From Mobula hypostoma (taxonomy: Eukaryota), in NCBI RefSeq assembly GCF_963921235.1, contig NC_086097.1, forward strand, positions 12,214,001-12,278,000: 64,000 nt of DNA. Reading direction: 5' to 3'. Position numbers and translations under genes: made by a program. Positions 48,640 through 61,697 of this stretch are shown here, piece by piece. Below the pieces are notes generated by a model. That model did no database searches. It worked only from the letters and a program-made list of their open reading frames with translations, and was not told where the DNA came from. The first letter of the stretch is position 1. Every line of letters starts with the position of its first letter.

Positions 48640-49006
48640 TTCATTCACTCATTCTGTGCCATGTCGTATGATGTGGGTTATCATGGTTTTAATGACCATG
48701 AATATCCTTGGCAAATTGTTCTACAAAAGTGGTTTGCCATTGCCTTCTTCTGGGCAGTGTCTTTATAAAATGAGTGTCCCTAGCCATAATCAAAACTCTT
48801 CAGAGATTGTCAATGGTCGCATAACCAGGACTTATGATATGCACCAGCAGCTCATGTGACCATCCACCACCTGCTCCCATGGCTTCACGTGATGCTGATC
48901 AGAGGGCTAAGTAGGTCCTACACCTTGTCTAAGGCTGATCTACAGGCTAGTGGAGGGAATAAGTCCTTTTCCTCCTTTGGGAGAGATGTATCTCTACCCC
49001 GCCACC
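48640..49006 (-). mobile_element. About 400-bp RTE-tailed non-autonomous repeat
   Basis: Same family as 36015-36412. Confidence 0.75.
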
Positions 49007-50247
49007 CTTTTTAAACGTAATAATCCATTAGAGCCTTCAACATTATTAAAAATGTGAAGCACATCCAATATAACTCAAATTAATGTGGTTGAAAGCCTCA
49101 TCAGAAATGAACTTCAGGTGTTGCAGAAGTGTTGACGACAATTGCTTTGAAGTGAATGCCAGGGAATCAATGCTAGAGTACATGAAGTTCTCACAACACT
49201 AATGTATCCATCCTAACAATGAGATCTTGCTCAGAAAGTGATTAAAATTGATTAATGAGCCAACTTGCCAGTACAACACCACAGTGTATTTCTAGATCAT
49301 AAAACTTTAGTAAGATCAAAGAATATAAACTCAGTATTTTCTGTTCTTGCCCATCACACACTGATGCTGGAAACCTCTGATGTTTCAATAATACTTTTTA
49401 TAAGATTTGTACTTTTTAACAAACTCATGTACTTTTCACACTCACTTGCAGAAAGTGGTATAGCAGCTAAACTAACGGTTTATCACCTTTCTCATTTTTT
49501 ATTGGCTAAGTATTAGCACATAACCCACATGATGTAATTCTTTTAATTATGTAACCTATCAACTAATTCATTCCTATCTAAGGAATTTTCCTTATCTTAT
49601 TATGAAAGTGATAGATTTTCAGAAGTGCCATCTTGATTTCTTGGCCATCTTCATTCCTTTGTCCCATTTTGGCATTGTCTCTCTGCTCTTTATTTAGTTT
49701 GCTTAGTATTTTTATGCTTGTTTGTACTCTAAAATAAACTGAAATGTAGGAATTAGGGCTGCTCATCATTCGTGACTCCTGGAATTACCCTAAGGACCAG
49801 AGATCCACCAGCAACTTGGAATCAGTTTGTTGAGCCTTTGTATGACTACTACTACTACTACTTTTCTACAATGCCATGGCACTCCATATATTAAGTGCAG
49901 TCACCATTGCAATGTAAGTAATTGCAATGTAGCAAAATGTAATAGTCTTCTGCTTGTCTGTAAAGACATGGAGATTTGCTGTTAGCATTGGTCATAATTT
50001 TGCAGTGAGGAGGACTTTTGCATAATATAAAAATTATTAGACATTAGAAGACCATGATGCCTTTGGTCGTGGTAGTCAAGTGATACAATGCCATGGCTAG
50101 AAACTGACACTAGTGCAACATCAGGTAATTGGCCAAGCACACTGTTCATCTACAGTCATTGGATGTACTTATGATGCCAATTGAAGACCCCAGTGTGTAG
50201 CTTGAGAAACCTGGTGTTTGGGTGCTAATGTACATACCTCAGTAAAG

Positions 50248-50888
50248 ACTAGATTAGATTAGATTATGAGGACACGCAGTCCTCTTTTATTGTCATTTAG
50301 TAATGCATGCATTAAGAAATGATACAATGTTCCTCCAGTGTGATATCACACAAACACAGGATAAACAAGACTGAAAAACTGTCAAAGGCCACATAATTAT
50401 AACATATAGTTACAACAGTGCAAAACAATACTGTGATTTGATAAGAACAGACCATGGGCACGGTAAAAAAATGTCTCAAAGTCTCTCGGAAGTCCCATCA
50501 TCTCAAGCAGACGGAGAAGGAAGAAAAACTCTCCCTGCCATGAGCTTCCAGTGCCGCAAACTTGCCGATGCATCACCCTGAAAGCACCCGACCACAGCCG
50601 GCTCTTGAGGCCGTCCGAAAATTTCGAGCCTCCGACACCGAGTACCGAGCACTACCTCTGCCGAGCGCTTCGACCCCGGCCCCGGCAACAGGCAATAGGC
50701 AAAGCTGTGGATTTGGGGCCTCCCTCTCCGGAGATTCTCGGTCGCACAGTAGCAGCGGCAGCGAAGGGGGCATTTCAGAAGTTTCTCCAGATGTTCCTCC
50801 GTGCTTCTCACATCTGCTTCCATCAAATCAGGATTGTGCACGGCATCCTACTTACAAATACGATATCATTTCGGAGCGGCCGTGCACG
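50248..50888 (-). mobile_element. Young CpG-rich non-LTR element with AATAAA and (TCTAA)n tail; family not assigned
   Basis: Minus strand ends CAATAAAAGAGGACTGCGTGTCCTCATAATCTAATCTAATCTA; 50500-50888 retains many CpGs; no recognisable ORF. Confidence 0.55.
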
Positions 50889-52191
50889 TCTGTACTAACT
50901 CAAAATAATTTTAAACCAGCTTCTTTTCAAATAGTACAGAGACATGGGATCAAAGTAAGAGAAATCTCGGATATGATGATAGACCCAAGAGGTACTGCAG
51001 ATGTTGAAAATCCAGAGCAATATGCACAATGTGCTGGAGGAGTTAGCAGGTCAGGCAGCATTTATGGATGGAAATAAACAGTTGACGTTTTGGGCTAAGA
51101 CCTTTCAGATGATAACAGAGTGATTGACTAAACAAGGCAATCCAGCACTACACATTAAAAGACTTAGGAATGGGTCCAGGAATGATCCAGTGATACCTTA
51201 TGCAGATCCTACATCCCGTTTTCTCCCAAAAGTTGCCATACTTATCTTGTACGTACTTGAACATTTTTAAGTATTTTGAAGGTGGATTGCATTGTGATGT
51301 CCTTGAAAGAAAACCAAGCTGATGAAAATTTAAATAAACCAGAGATCTTAGTTATTCTGAGGTGCCTTCTTTCAAAAGGAAAGATCGACAGCAACATTTC
51401 GTAGGTTTTGTTGACCGATTCAGAGCTTCGTTTGATTTCGTCAAGATGTCATCTGTATTTCCCTTTTATATGGCTGCTGTAAAACGTGCTCCAGTATAAA
51501 TGAGAATAAAACAGTCAATAGTTATTCTTTCACATTTTGCTCTTCAAAATGCTGCATATTATAAAGCAGAGTTAATAAATATATTCTTTTTAATTTAGTT
51601 TTCAAATATAAACCCAGTGGTTGTTCAGTCATCCTGGCAACAAACACAGTTGAACTGCTGGTTGAAAAGAGCACTTTGAATCCTGAAGGTTTTGTGACGG
51701 CTTTGGAAGTCCCTAGATGTGCTTCTCCAAAGGAATCATTATATTTTCACATTGGGTTTCATAAACTAGAACTTATATTTAAGAAGAATGACAGCTGGCT
51801 GGAAATAGCAGGCTTATAAAACCCAAGAGTGATCTAAACATTTCTCTTCACTGTTTAATCAAATCTCTTTTCCATCTTTGTGCATCCTTTAAAAACTGTT
51901 AAACCTCTCCCAGTTCTGCTGAAATATTGACCTTATTATGCTCTCCATAGTTGCCACCTGACCAGATAAGTACATCTAGCAGTTTTGGTGTATCTCTTGA
52001 CTTGAATATAAATTGTTTTAATCCATTGAATTGGCTTCCAAAAATATATGTTTGCATAATGCAGACAGACCGTTGTTGGTAAGTATAATGTCATGTAAGT
52101 CCCATAGAAAGGCTCTGCTTTTTAAGTGTGGTTTTGAATGAACTGAAACAGAGAGATTTCTGTTAAAGAAAATCAGGGAATAATTATATTG

Positions 52192-52698
52192 TAAACTATG
52201 TTGCAGCTATATAGGACCCTGATCAGACCCCACTTGGAGTACTGTGCTCAATTCTGGTCGCTTCATTACAGAAGGATATGGAAACTATAGTAAAGGCACA
52301 GAGGAGATTTACAAGGATGTTGCCTGGATTGTGGAGCATGACTTACGAGAATAGTTTTAGTGAACTCGGCCTTTTCTCCTTGGAACGATGGAGGATGAGA
52401 GGTAACCTGACAGAGGTATACAAGTTTTAAGGTGCTTGGAAGTAGGTACAGAGGAGATGACAGGGGTAAGTTTTTTATGCAGAGAGTGGTGAGTGTGTGG
52501 AATGGGCTGCCGGCGGTGGTGGTGGAGGCGGAAATGATGGGGTCTTTTAAGTGACTCCTGGATGGCTACATGGAGCTTAGGAAAATAGAGGGCTATGGGT
52601 AAAGCCTAGGTAGTTCTAAGGTAGGGACATGTTCGGTACAGCTTTGTGGGCTGAAGGGCCTGTATTGTGCTATATGTTTTCTATGTTTCTATATTTCT
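52192..52698 (+). mobile_element. CR1 3' end
   Basis: LQLYRTLIRPHLEYCAQFWS...; reverse complement of the 1784-2350 copy; (TGTTTCTA)n tail. Confidence 0.88.
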
Positions 52699-52877
52699 AA
52701 AGTCCTCACTGACATCATCCCCATTGCTAGGTATCTGATGTGATAGAGGCACCAGGCCACAGGCAGTGGAGTCCAGCAGAAGCATTGGACACCTAGAAAT
52801 AATTTGCATATCATTTCCTCACTCCAGTCCTAGCCCAACCCAGGATTCGATGACAGGATTCTTACCCATTCCACTCA

Positions 52878-53338
52878 ATATCTGATCACAACTCTTGCCC
52901 ATATCTGATCACAACTCTGCCCATATTTGAGCATGAACATATCCTTGGCCCACCCCTGGATTGTTGGATTGTGAGCCACCCCACACCCATCCCCAGGTTG
53001 TGAGTTAACTCTGGAAAATGAGCCGCCCTCAGATTGTGAGCCACCACTTGCCCACAACAGCTTGCACGACCAACACTTAACCACACCCCCAGACTACAAC
53101 CTTCTCACCCATTAGATTAGGATCTGAAGCCTTACCAGCTTCCTCTATTGCAAGCCCAGCACTTCCCCAACTTCCCCCACGTTGCAAGTCCAACACTGCC
53201 CTAAGTCTCCCTATTGCAAGTTCAAACCCTCCCAAGTTCCCCCATTGCACGAACAACGCTCCCCATTGCAAGATCAACCCTTCCTCCTCCCAATGCAAGT
53301 CCAACTCTTCCCCAGCTCCCCCCATTGCAAGTCCAAAC
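52878..53338 (+). repeat. Two degenerate short tandem arrays (about 23-bp ATATCTGATCACAACTCTTGCCC; about 20-30-bp units around CCCATTGCAAGTCCAA)
   Basis: Direct inspection: 52878-52950 and 53141-53338. Confidence 0.7.
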
Positions 53339-53539
53339 TAGAAGTACTGAGAAGTTATAAATAAATTCATAATTTCATATTCCAACACTTTTGTTCATGT
53401 ATGCCAATAAGAACTAGTACCCTAATTTTGCCAATTTTACTAGTTTAAATGAAAAATAATCATTTGAAATTCAGATACACGTGATATTAAGGGAATATCT
53501 GTACTGATATTCTTCAGTTTAGGGTTTATAGATGGGGCA

Positions 53540-55135
53540 AACTCAGTGTTCACTTTATTAGATACACTTGTACATCTGCTCATTAATGTAGAGATATAGT
53601 CAGCTAATCAGCAACTCAATGTATAAAAGCATGCAGACGTGATCAAGAGGTTGCTCAGACCAAACATCAGAATGGGGAAGAAATGTGATCTCAGTGATTG
53701 ACCGTGGAATGATTGTTGGTATCAGATAGAGTAGTTTGAGTATCTCAGAAAGTGCTGATTTCATAGAACATAGAACCTACAAAATCTACAGCACATTACA
53801 GGCCCTTCAGCCCACAATGTTGTGCCGACCGTGTAACCTACTCGACAAGCTGCCTAGAATTTCCCAACTGCATAGCCCACTATTTTTCCAAGCTCTGTGT
53901 ACCTATCTAAGAGTCTCTTAAAAGACCCTACTGTATCTGCCTCTACCACCTTCCCTGGCAGTGCATTCTATGCACCCATCACTCTCTGTGTGAAAAATTT
54001 ACCTCTGACATCCCCTCTGTATCTGCTTCCAGCACCTTAAAATTATGCCCCCTTGTGATAGCTATTTCAGCCCTGCGAAAAGTCTCTGACTAACCACACA
54101 ATCAATACCTCTCATCATCTTATACACCTCTATCAGGTCACCTCTCATCCTCCGTTGCTCCAAGAAGAAAAGGACAAGTCCACTCAACCTGTTCTTATAA
54201 AGCATACTCTCCAATCTAGGCAACATCTTCTCTATACTCTCTCTATAGTATCCACATCCTTCCTGTAATGACCAGAACTGAATGCAGTACTCCAAGTGGT
54301 GTCTAACGAAGCTTTTATACAGCTGTAACATTACCTCATAGCTCCTGAACTCAATCCCACAGTTGATGAAGGCCAACATACCATATGTCTTCTTAGCAAC
54401 ACTCTCAACCTGCACAGCAGCTTTGAGTGTCCTAAGGAAATGGACTTCAAGATTTTGCTGTTCCTCCACACTGCCAAGAGTCTTACCATTAATATTATAT
54501 TCTGCCTTCAAATATGACCTACTGAAATGAACCACTTCATGCTTATCTGGGTTGAACTCCATCTGCCACTTCTCAGCCTAGTTCTGCATCCTATCAATGT
54601 CCCGCGACAACGTCAGCCAACCCTTCGGACTATCCACAACACTCCCAACTTTTGTATCATCAGCAAACTTACTAACCCACCCTTCTGCTTCCTCATCCAG
54701 GACATTAATAAAAATTACAAAGAGCAGGGGTCCCAGAATAGACCCCTACAGATCATTACTGGTCACCGTCCTCCATGCAGAATACAAACCATCCACAACA
54801 ACCCTTTGCCTTCTGTGGTCAAGCCAAGGATTTTCATGTACATTAGTCTCTAGAATTTACAGGGAATGGTGCAAATAAACAAAATCATCCAGTGCGCAGC
54901 AGTTATGTGGTCAAAGAGGTCAGAGAAGAATGGTCAGACTGGTTCAAGCTGATAGGAAGGCAACAGTAACTCAAATAACCATGCCTTACAGCTGCAGTGT
55001 ACAGGAAAGTATCTATGATGCACAACATATCGAACCTTGAAGTGGATGGGCTACAGCAGCAAAAGACCACAAACATACACACAGTGGCCACTTTATTAGG
55101 GTACAGGAGGTGCACAATAAAGTGGCCACTGGGTG
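53540..55135 (+). mobile_element. Non-autonomous Tc1 derivative (transposase N-terminal HTH region only), split by a CR1 insertion and ending in a double-TIR hairpin
   Basis: Left TIR-like ACTCAGTGTTCACTTTATTAGATACAC; MGKKCDLSD..RGMIVG....LSISESAD | GFS..VSRIYREWC...RGQRRMVRLVQADRKATVTQIT...MGYSSKRP; right end 55078-55135. Confidence 0.8.
53762..54822 (-). mobile_element. CR1 3' fragment
   Basis: MEFNPDKHEVVHF...VRHHLEYCIQFWS...RMRGDLIEVYKMMRGID; tail CATAGAACATAGAA. Confidence 0.9.
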
Positions 55136-55459
55136 TATATTATTTGTACAGTCATAAGGCAGAAGTTTCCTGCGCCCAGGATTGGAGGATAAAAGCCCAG
55201 ACTTTGTTTCAGAAGGGGACACATGATACTGGGATACTTGATGCTGGTGGAACTCAGCAGGTCAGGCAGCACCTGTGGAGGGAAATGGGCACGTTAGTGT
55301 TTCAAGTCAAGACTCTTCATCTGGATTATTCACTTAGCAGGGGTAGGAATAGAGAGGGTTAATAACTAGCAAAATAGCACCCTGTGTTGATGTGGTGGCG
55401 ACAGGAATCCACCAATGAGGTTCCACAGCAGAGAGATGAGATGTTAGGACAACACTTTA

Positions 55460-55710
55460 GAGTATCAGTGACCTGGGTTCAATTCTCGCTCCTGTCTGTG
55501 AGGAGTTTGTACATTCTCTGCTGCGTGACCATGTGGGTTTCCTCTGGGTGCTCTGGTTTCCTCCCATAGTCCAAAGATGGATCGGTAGTAGGTTAACTGG
55601 TCTTTGTAAATTGTCCTGTGATTAGGCTAGGGTTACATCAGGGGTTGCTGGGAGGTGTGGCTTGAAGGGCTGGAAGGGCCTGTTCCTTGCAGTATCTCAG
55701 TAAATAAAAC
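55460..55710 (+). mobile_element. V-SINE
   Basis: GTGGGTTTCCTCTGGGTGCTCTGGTTTCCTCCCATAGTCCAAAGA. Confidence 0.8.
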
Positions 55711-57017
55711 AAATATTTAATTAACTGCAGCAAGGTACAGAGTCTTGATGAATATGTTATAATAGGCAATTAGAGATGCGGCTAAAACTTTGGTTAGCTG
55801 CTAACTAAGTTAGACTTACTAGCAATTAAGTGTTTCATTCGGTAACAAAAACATAGTTTTACTATTATTAAGCCTCAGTAATGACTTAATTGGAGAAACG
55901 TAACAATCATAACTTAGATAATTTTCAGTGTAAAAAATGTTTGCAAAGAAGTGTATAAGGTTGTTCCAAAATTGTGGTCAGGAATTAATTATCAGCCTAG
56001 TCGAGTCTCCTGGTGCACACCACTTTTGAAAAAGTCACTCTTTGTTCAGATGCCAGCTCCACGTTGCCTTGGTTGTTTTCTCCTACAATTTGTTGTGGTT
56101 GGCAGGATATCCTACTGGATCGCAGGGAATTATCAGGCTCCTGGTTGGGTGAATATGTTGAAAATCCCACCCTTTTAGGTCAGGGGTAAACACCTAGCTA
56201 GTGTGACTGTAAATTATAGTACAGCTTGACCAACCTGAGGTTATGCATTTGGGATGGAAGATTAGATGGGGTCATAATGGCATGCCAACACCATGATAGA
56301 TGGTTCTAAGCTCAACTGTGAAAGGAGGAGATTTGAGCATCCAGCTAGCAACCCCATCCCATAAAAACCCGGTGCTGCAGAGAAGCCAACAGGAGCTCGA
56401 AAGACCCTGGGAGAGGAGGGATGCACCAAGAAGATGGGCTACAGCTGGGGACAAGGTGAAAGACTGGCCCAGGAGAGAGGACTCTGACGAAACTCTACTC
56501 TATTGTTGGCAGCCCATGCCCCCGTAGGAATGATGCAGCTTAGCTAACCACTGTAACAATGATGACATATATGGCGCTGAGAAATGGACATCTGGAAATT
56601 ACACGGCGTTAGAAGTAATATCTGGTGAAAAGTACCTGTGCATGAGAGGGGGATCTCATGACAATACTTACCTTACCTTGTGGTGAACAAACTTACGTGC
56701 GACAATGGAAAGTGTGCGGTAATGCGACAAGGCTGCTCTGTTCAGTAATCTACAACAGCACCAAAGTTTACTGACAGCCATAGGGATACTGGGGAAATAG
56801 AGTTAGTTTTGGAAGTTGCAGGTCAAAAGGGTCGATCTGGTACCCGGCTCTGGGCATCTTTAGATAGTTTTTAACCTACCTGCTTTGTGATTCACCTGTC
56901 GGTGTGTGGCAGTACACATTGCGTTTTCCATTTATTCTGTGGGCAAGTTATTCATGGTGAATTTAGGACAGGAAGGCAGAGAAGGAGAAGAACAATTAGG
57001 AGCAGGATATGCAGTGG

Positions 57018-57455
57018 ATAAGACCATTGATATAGGAGCAGAATTAGGCCATTTGGCCCATCAAGTCTTCTCGTCCATTTCATCATGGCCGATCCTTTTC
57101 CCCTGTCAGCCCAATATCCTGCCTTCTTGCTGAATCCCTTCATGCCATGCCAAATCAAGAATCTATCAACCTCTACCTTAAATATACCCAACGACTTGGG
57201 CACCACAATCACCAAAGAATTCCACAGATTCACCACTCACTGAGTAAGGAAATTCCTCCTCATCGCCATTCTAAAAGGATGCCCCTCTATTCTGAGGGTA
57301 TATCCTCTGGTCTTGGACTCTACCACCACAGGAAATATTCTCTCCACATCTACTATATCGATGCCTTTCAACATTTGATAGGTTTCAATTAGGACACCAC
57401 TCATTCTTCGGAATTCCCGAGAGTAGAGGCCCAGAGCCACCAAATGCCCCTTATA
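57018..57455 (-). mobile_element. CR1 3' end
   Basis: ALGLYSREFRRMSGVLIETYQMLKGID.VDVERIFP; VNLWNSL...FKVEVDRFL. Confidence 0.85.
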
Positions 57456-58142
57456 TGATACATCCACAGTTAATACATTTGATATAGCAGTGACAGATTC
57501 ATAAGTCAATTCTCTTCAGCTGAAATTGAAGTGGATCATAAGTCAAAAAATTGGTGATCTGGAGCAAGCTAGTAGAATAGGGAAGCATGGGGCTGAAGTA
57601 GTGCTAGAAACTATTTAGTTATTGCAGCCATAACTAATGGGATTATTGATAGAGTGAACAATGACACCTGACACCATGAGGGATGTAGCTTGTACGAGAC
57701 ATGCTGCCTGTCTGTTCTGTATAGTTGAAGCAAGCAGTCTACGGCTAGAAAGCCATAGAGTCTCAGCTTGGATATTGAACAATCAATCAGTTGAAAGAAT
57801 GGGTAGGTGAATGGGTGAGATTCCAAATGTGCCATGTGTGGGATTTCACATTAACTAATCTGTCACTGCAAAAAATGAAAACAGTCCACTGTATATTGCA
57901 ACATCCTCCTTATTCCTTGACAACATAACAATCAGATGTACCCTCTTATGACCATTGTTATATGGTTATATGGTTATATGACAGTCCATCGTGTCAGAAA
58001 GTGCCATGAGAGAATGTGAATATCTCTGAGCAACATGCCAACTTAGGCAATGGAGTTGCACAAGTCCAAGAGGGGGGTGGACTAGATGCAATGTTACCAG
58101 AGGGAAGATGACTGATCTTGTCCAAAGGAGACTACTTGAAGA

Positions 58143-58960
58143 AAGTTCAAAGTAAGTTTATTATCAATATATATATATCTCACTATATACAACTATGAGA
58201 TTCATTTTCTTGTAGGCAGACTCAATAAGTCCAGAATAAAATAGTAACATAACAGAATCAATGAAACAGAGCACCAACCTGGGCATTCCACTCATGTGCA
58301 AAAGACAACAAACAATGCAAATACAAAAAAGAAAGAAAAAGTAATAAATAAATAAGCAATTCAGTAGTGTAGTTGGCATCAGCACCGGACTTCGAGACAA
58401 ATGGTCCCAAGTTCAAATCCGACCAGCTCCTTGTACCCTTTCCATCTGTGCAGGGTTGAGCATCAAGCTAGCAACTTACCTTGCAAAAACCAGTCAAGTT
58501 CTATGGAAATGGCAAGACTGCTGCCCAATGCACCACAAGGTGTGAAAAGAAACAACAAGCAATAAACATCAAGAACATGAGATGAAGAGTCCTTGAAAGT
58601 GAGTCCATAGGTTGTGGGAACATTTCAATGATGGGGCAAGTGAAGTTGAGTGAAGTTATCCCTTTGGATCAAGAGCCTAATGGTTGAGGGGTAATAACTG
58701 TTCCTGAACTTGGTGGTGGGAGTACTCCTGTATCTCGTTCCTGATGGCATCAGTGAGAAGAGAGCATGCTCTGAATGTTGGGGGTCCCTGATGTTGGATG
58801 CTACTTTCCTGCAACAGCATCTCACGAAGATGTTCTCAATGGTGGGGAGGGTTTTATCTGTGACAGACTAGTTTGTGTCCACTACTTTTTGAAGGATTTT
58901 CCATTCAAGGGCATTAGTGTTCCCATCCCAGGCTGTGATGCAGCCGGTCAGTATACTCTC
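58143..58960 (-). mobile_element. Rex1-type 3' end interrupted by a tRNA-derived SINE (58361-58556, +, flanked by AAGCAAT)
   Basis: ESILTGCITAWDG; IRDPQHSEHALFSLMPSG.RYRS...FRNSYYPSTIRLL; AAGCAAT at 58354-58360 and 58557-58563. Confidence 0.78.
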
Positions 58961-59224
58961 CAATATAAAAAGCCTGACAGAGGTTGGTTTTTCTACATAA
59001 GGTGACTGTTTCCTGTCAGTTTTGCCCATTAATAATGGGACCTTGCTGAAATATGCTTTGGTGAACAACATCTACTGCATCACAACTTTAGCACCAGCAT
59101 ATTACAAGGGCCACTATAATGCAATCTAACTGCTATAATGTGGCTATGACTGATATTCCAGTTGAATTGATTAATGATTGTGGGCGAAACTTACCTACAC
59201 CAACTGCAGAAGAGATGATAGAGT

Positions 59225-59770
59225 TAGAGCTTACCATTCATTTGGAGTATTCAATATGCTGTTCTGGTCACTCCATTATAGGAAGTACGTAGAGGCTTTG
59301 GAGAGTATGCTGAACAGGTTTACCAGAATTACAGGACATGTGCTATAGCAAGAGTTTGGACACACTTGGGGTGTTTTCTCTGGAGTAGCGGAAACTGAAA
59401 GGAGATCTGAAAGAAGTTTATAAGGTTAGGAGAGGCATAGATAGGGTAGACAGACTGTATCTTTTTCCTTGGGTTGAAAAAGGGCAGGAGAAAGGGGGTA
59501 ATTTCAAAGGAGATGTGATGGGCAAGTTTTTTTTACACCGAGTGCTGGGTATCTGGAATGCAATGCCTGAAGTTGTGGTTGAGGCAAATTCATTAGAGAC
59601 CCATAAGAGACATTTAGAGAGGCACACGAATGTGAGGAACCTGGAAGGATATGGACATTGTGTAGGCGGTGGGGATTAGTAAGGTTTCTCATTTGATTAC
59701 TAATTTAATTGGACTGGCACCACATTGTGGGCTGGAGGGTCTGTTTCTGTGCTGTATTGTTCTATGTTCA
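59225..59770 (+). mobile_element. CR1 3' relic
   Basis: HLEY....FWSLHYRKYVEALE...KGDLKEVYKVRRGIDRVD-like remnants. Confidence 0.7.
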
Positions 59771-60351
59771 ACTGTATCATAGTGACAATGAACAGCACAC
59801 GTATGTAGCCACAGTATTGTCACCCGTCCCATACTTCACCGCTGATTGGTAAAAGATCACCCAGGAGGACAAGGAGGTCACCAAGCCATGGAAAGCACTG
59901 TCAAAATGGATCAGAAGAATGGGGCCAAAGTATCTCTGGCGAACTCCTTGTTTTGGACAGTATTTATGGTTTGAACGTAAAAATCCATCCCTGGATTTGA
60001 CATTTTTTGCATGCTACTGTTGGTGCACAGATGATTGCTTTATCACAGATGACTGTTTTGTCCTGATGAAGGGTGTTGGTCCAGTCAGCTGTTTGTTCAT
60101 TGCCATGGATGCTGCCTGACATGCTGAGTTCCTCCAGCATTTTGTATGTGTTGCTCTATTTCCAGCATCTGCGGAATCTCTTGTTTTCATGACCGTCTTA
60201 ATGGCTTGTATTATTTTAATGTGTATACTGTGACAATTGTTAAAATATTGGCATCAGTGGGAGGGCAGTTAGAAGGACCGACTGAAGTAGTGTTGGGGCT
60301 AGAATCTTGTAGGCCTATTGCTACTATAGGCCAAAACCCTAGAAAGTGGAT

Positions 60352-60580
60352 TCTTATAGTCATAGTCATAGTCATACTTTATTGATCCCGAGGGAAATTG
60401 ATTTTTGTTACAGTTGTCCCAGCCAAGAATAGAGTATAATATAGCAATATAAAACAATAAATAATTAAATAGTAATATGTAAATTATGCCAGGAAATAAG
60501 TCCAGACCAGCCTATTAGCTCAGGGTGTCTGACCCTCCAAGGGAGGAGTTGTAAAGTTTGATGGCCACAGGCAGGAATGA
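60352..60580 (-). mobile_element. Rex1-type LINE extreme 3' end with (ACTATG)n tail
   Basis: SFLPVAIKLYNSS; GGGATCAATAAAGTATGACTATGACTATG on minus. Confidence 0.65.
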
Positions 60581-60729
60581 AATGGGAGGAATATATGGAA
60601 TATATGGGAGGAATAGAGAAGATTTAATAACTATTAAAATAGGATGCAACTTGTGCTGATCTGGTAAAAGGGAAACACTGATGAGGTTCAACAATAGGGA
60701 GATGGAATGAACTGTAACCAAGGTTTGCT

Positions 60730-61076
60730 CGTTCATCATGGGGGATCATGGTCTTTCCATGATCATGATTGCTCTTGGCAAATTTTCTACAGAAATGGTT
60801 TGCCATTGTCTTCTTCTGGGCAGTGTCTTTACAAGATGGATGACCCCAGCCATTACCAATACTCTTCAGAGATTGTCTACTTGGCGCCAGTGGTCACATA
60901 ACCAGGACTTGTGATATGCACCAGCTGCTCAAACGACCATCCACCACCCCTGCTCCCATGGCTTCATGTGACCCTGTTCAGGGGGATATGCAGGTGATGC
61001 ACCTTGCTCAAAGGTGACCTGCAGGCTAATGGAGGGTAGGAGTGTGTTACACGTACTTTGGTAGAGACGTATGCAC
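60730..61076 (-). mobile_element. About 400-bp RTE-tailed non-autonomous repeat
   Basis: Same family as 36015-36412. Confidence 0.75.
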
Positions 61077-61697
61077 CAAGGTACGGAGGCTTGATGAAGA
61101 TGTTATAAAGACCAGTACCTGAAACTTGTTTCCTGTAAACTAAGGTAATTAAGTGTTTTGATTTGTAATGAAAACATTGTTTTACTGTCATTGAGTCTGT
61201 ATAATAACATCATCAGAGAAATATAAAAATGAAAGTTTAGTTGATTAAGTTTGCTGTGTAATCACGTATGCAGAGAGGTGTAATGGGCAACCCCAAAATT
61301 GTTTTTTGGGAGATGAGCTTTGATTGATCTCCTGACATGGACCAGCTTTTAATAAATCACCCATTGCCTGGACACCAATTCGATGCTATTTTTGTTGTTT
61401 TCTACTACAGTCGAGGTGAAGGGCCTTGATGTGAAAAACACTCCCTGTCCATTTCCCTCCATGGATGCTGCCTGAGCTGTTGAGTTCCTCTACCATGGCA
61501 CTTTGGTTCAGAAAATGAGGCTTCAGATCTTCCGTTAGTGCAAAGGAATAATGTAGTAGCTTGAGAGTACTCCACTTCCAGATCTTAAGCTGGCCCTGAA
61601 TGTCTCCTCAGGCAAGATACCATAGCACAGCTTTACAGAAATGTGAGGGGGTTATTATGGACTTATTGGCCTATTTTAATCCTTAAGGTTGTGATAG

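Noticed and set aside
50503..51077. Overlapping GC-rich ORFs or a CpG-island promoter
   Set aside because: The segment belongs to an insert with a retrotransposon-type tail; open frames reflect GC content.
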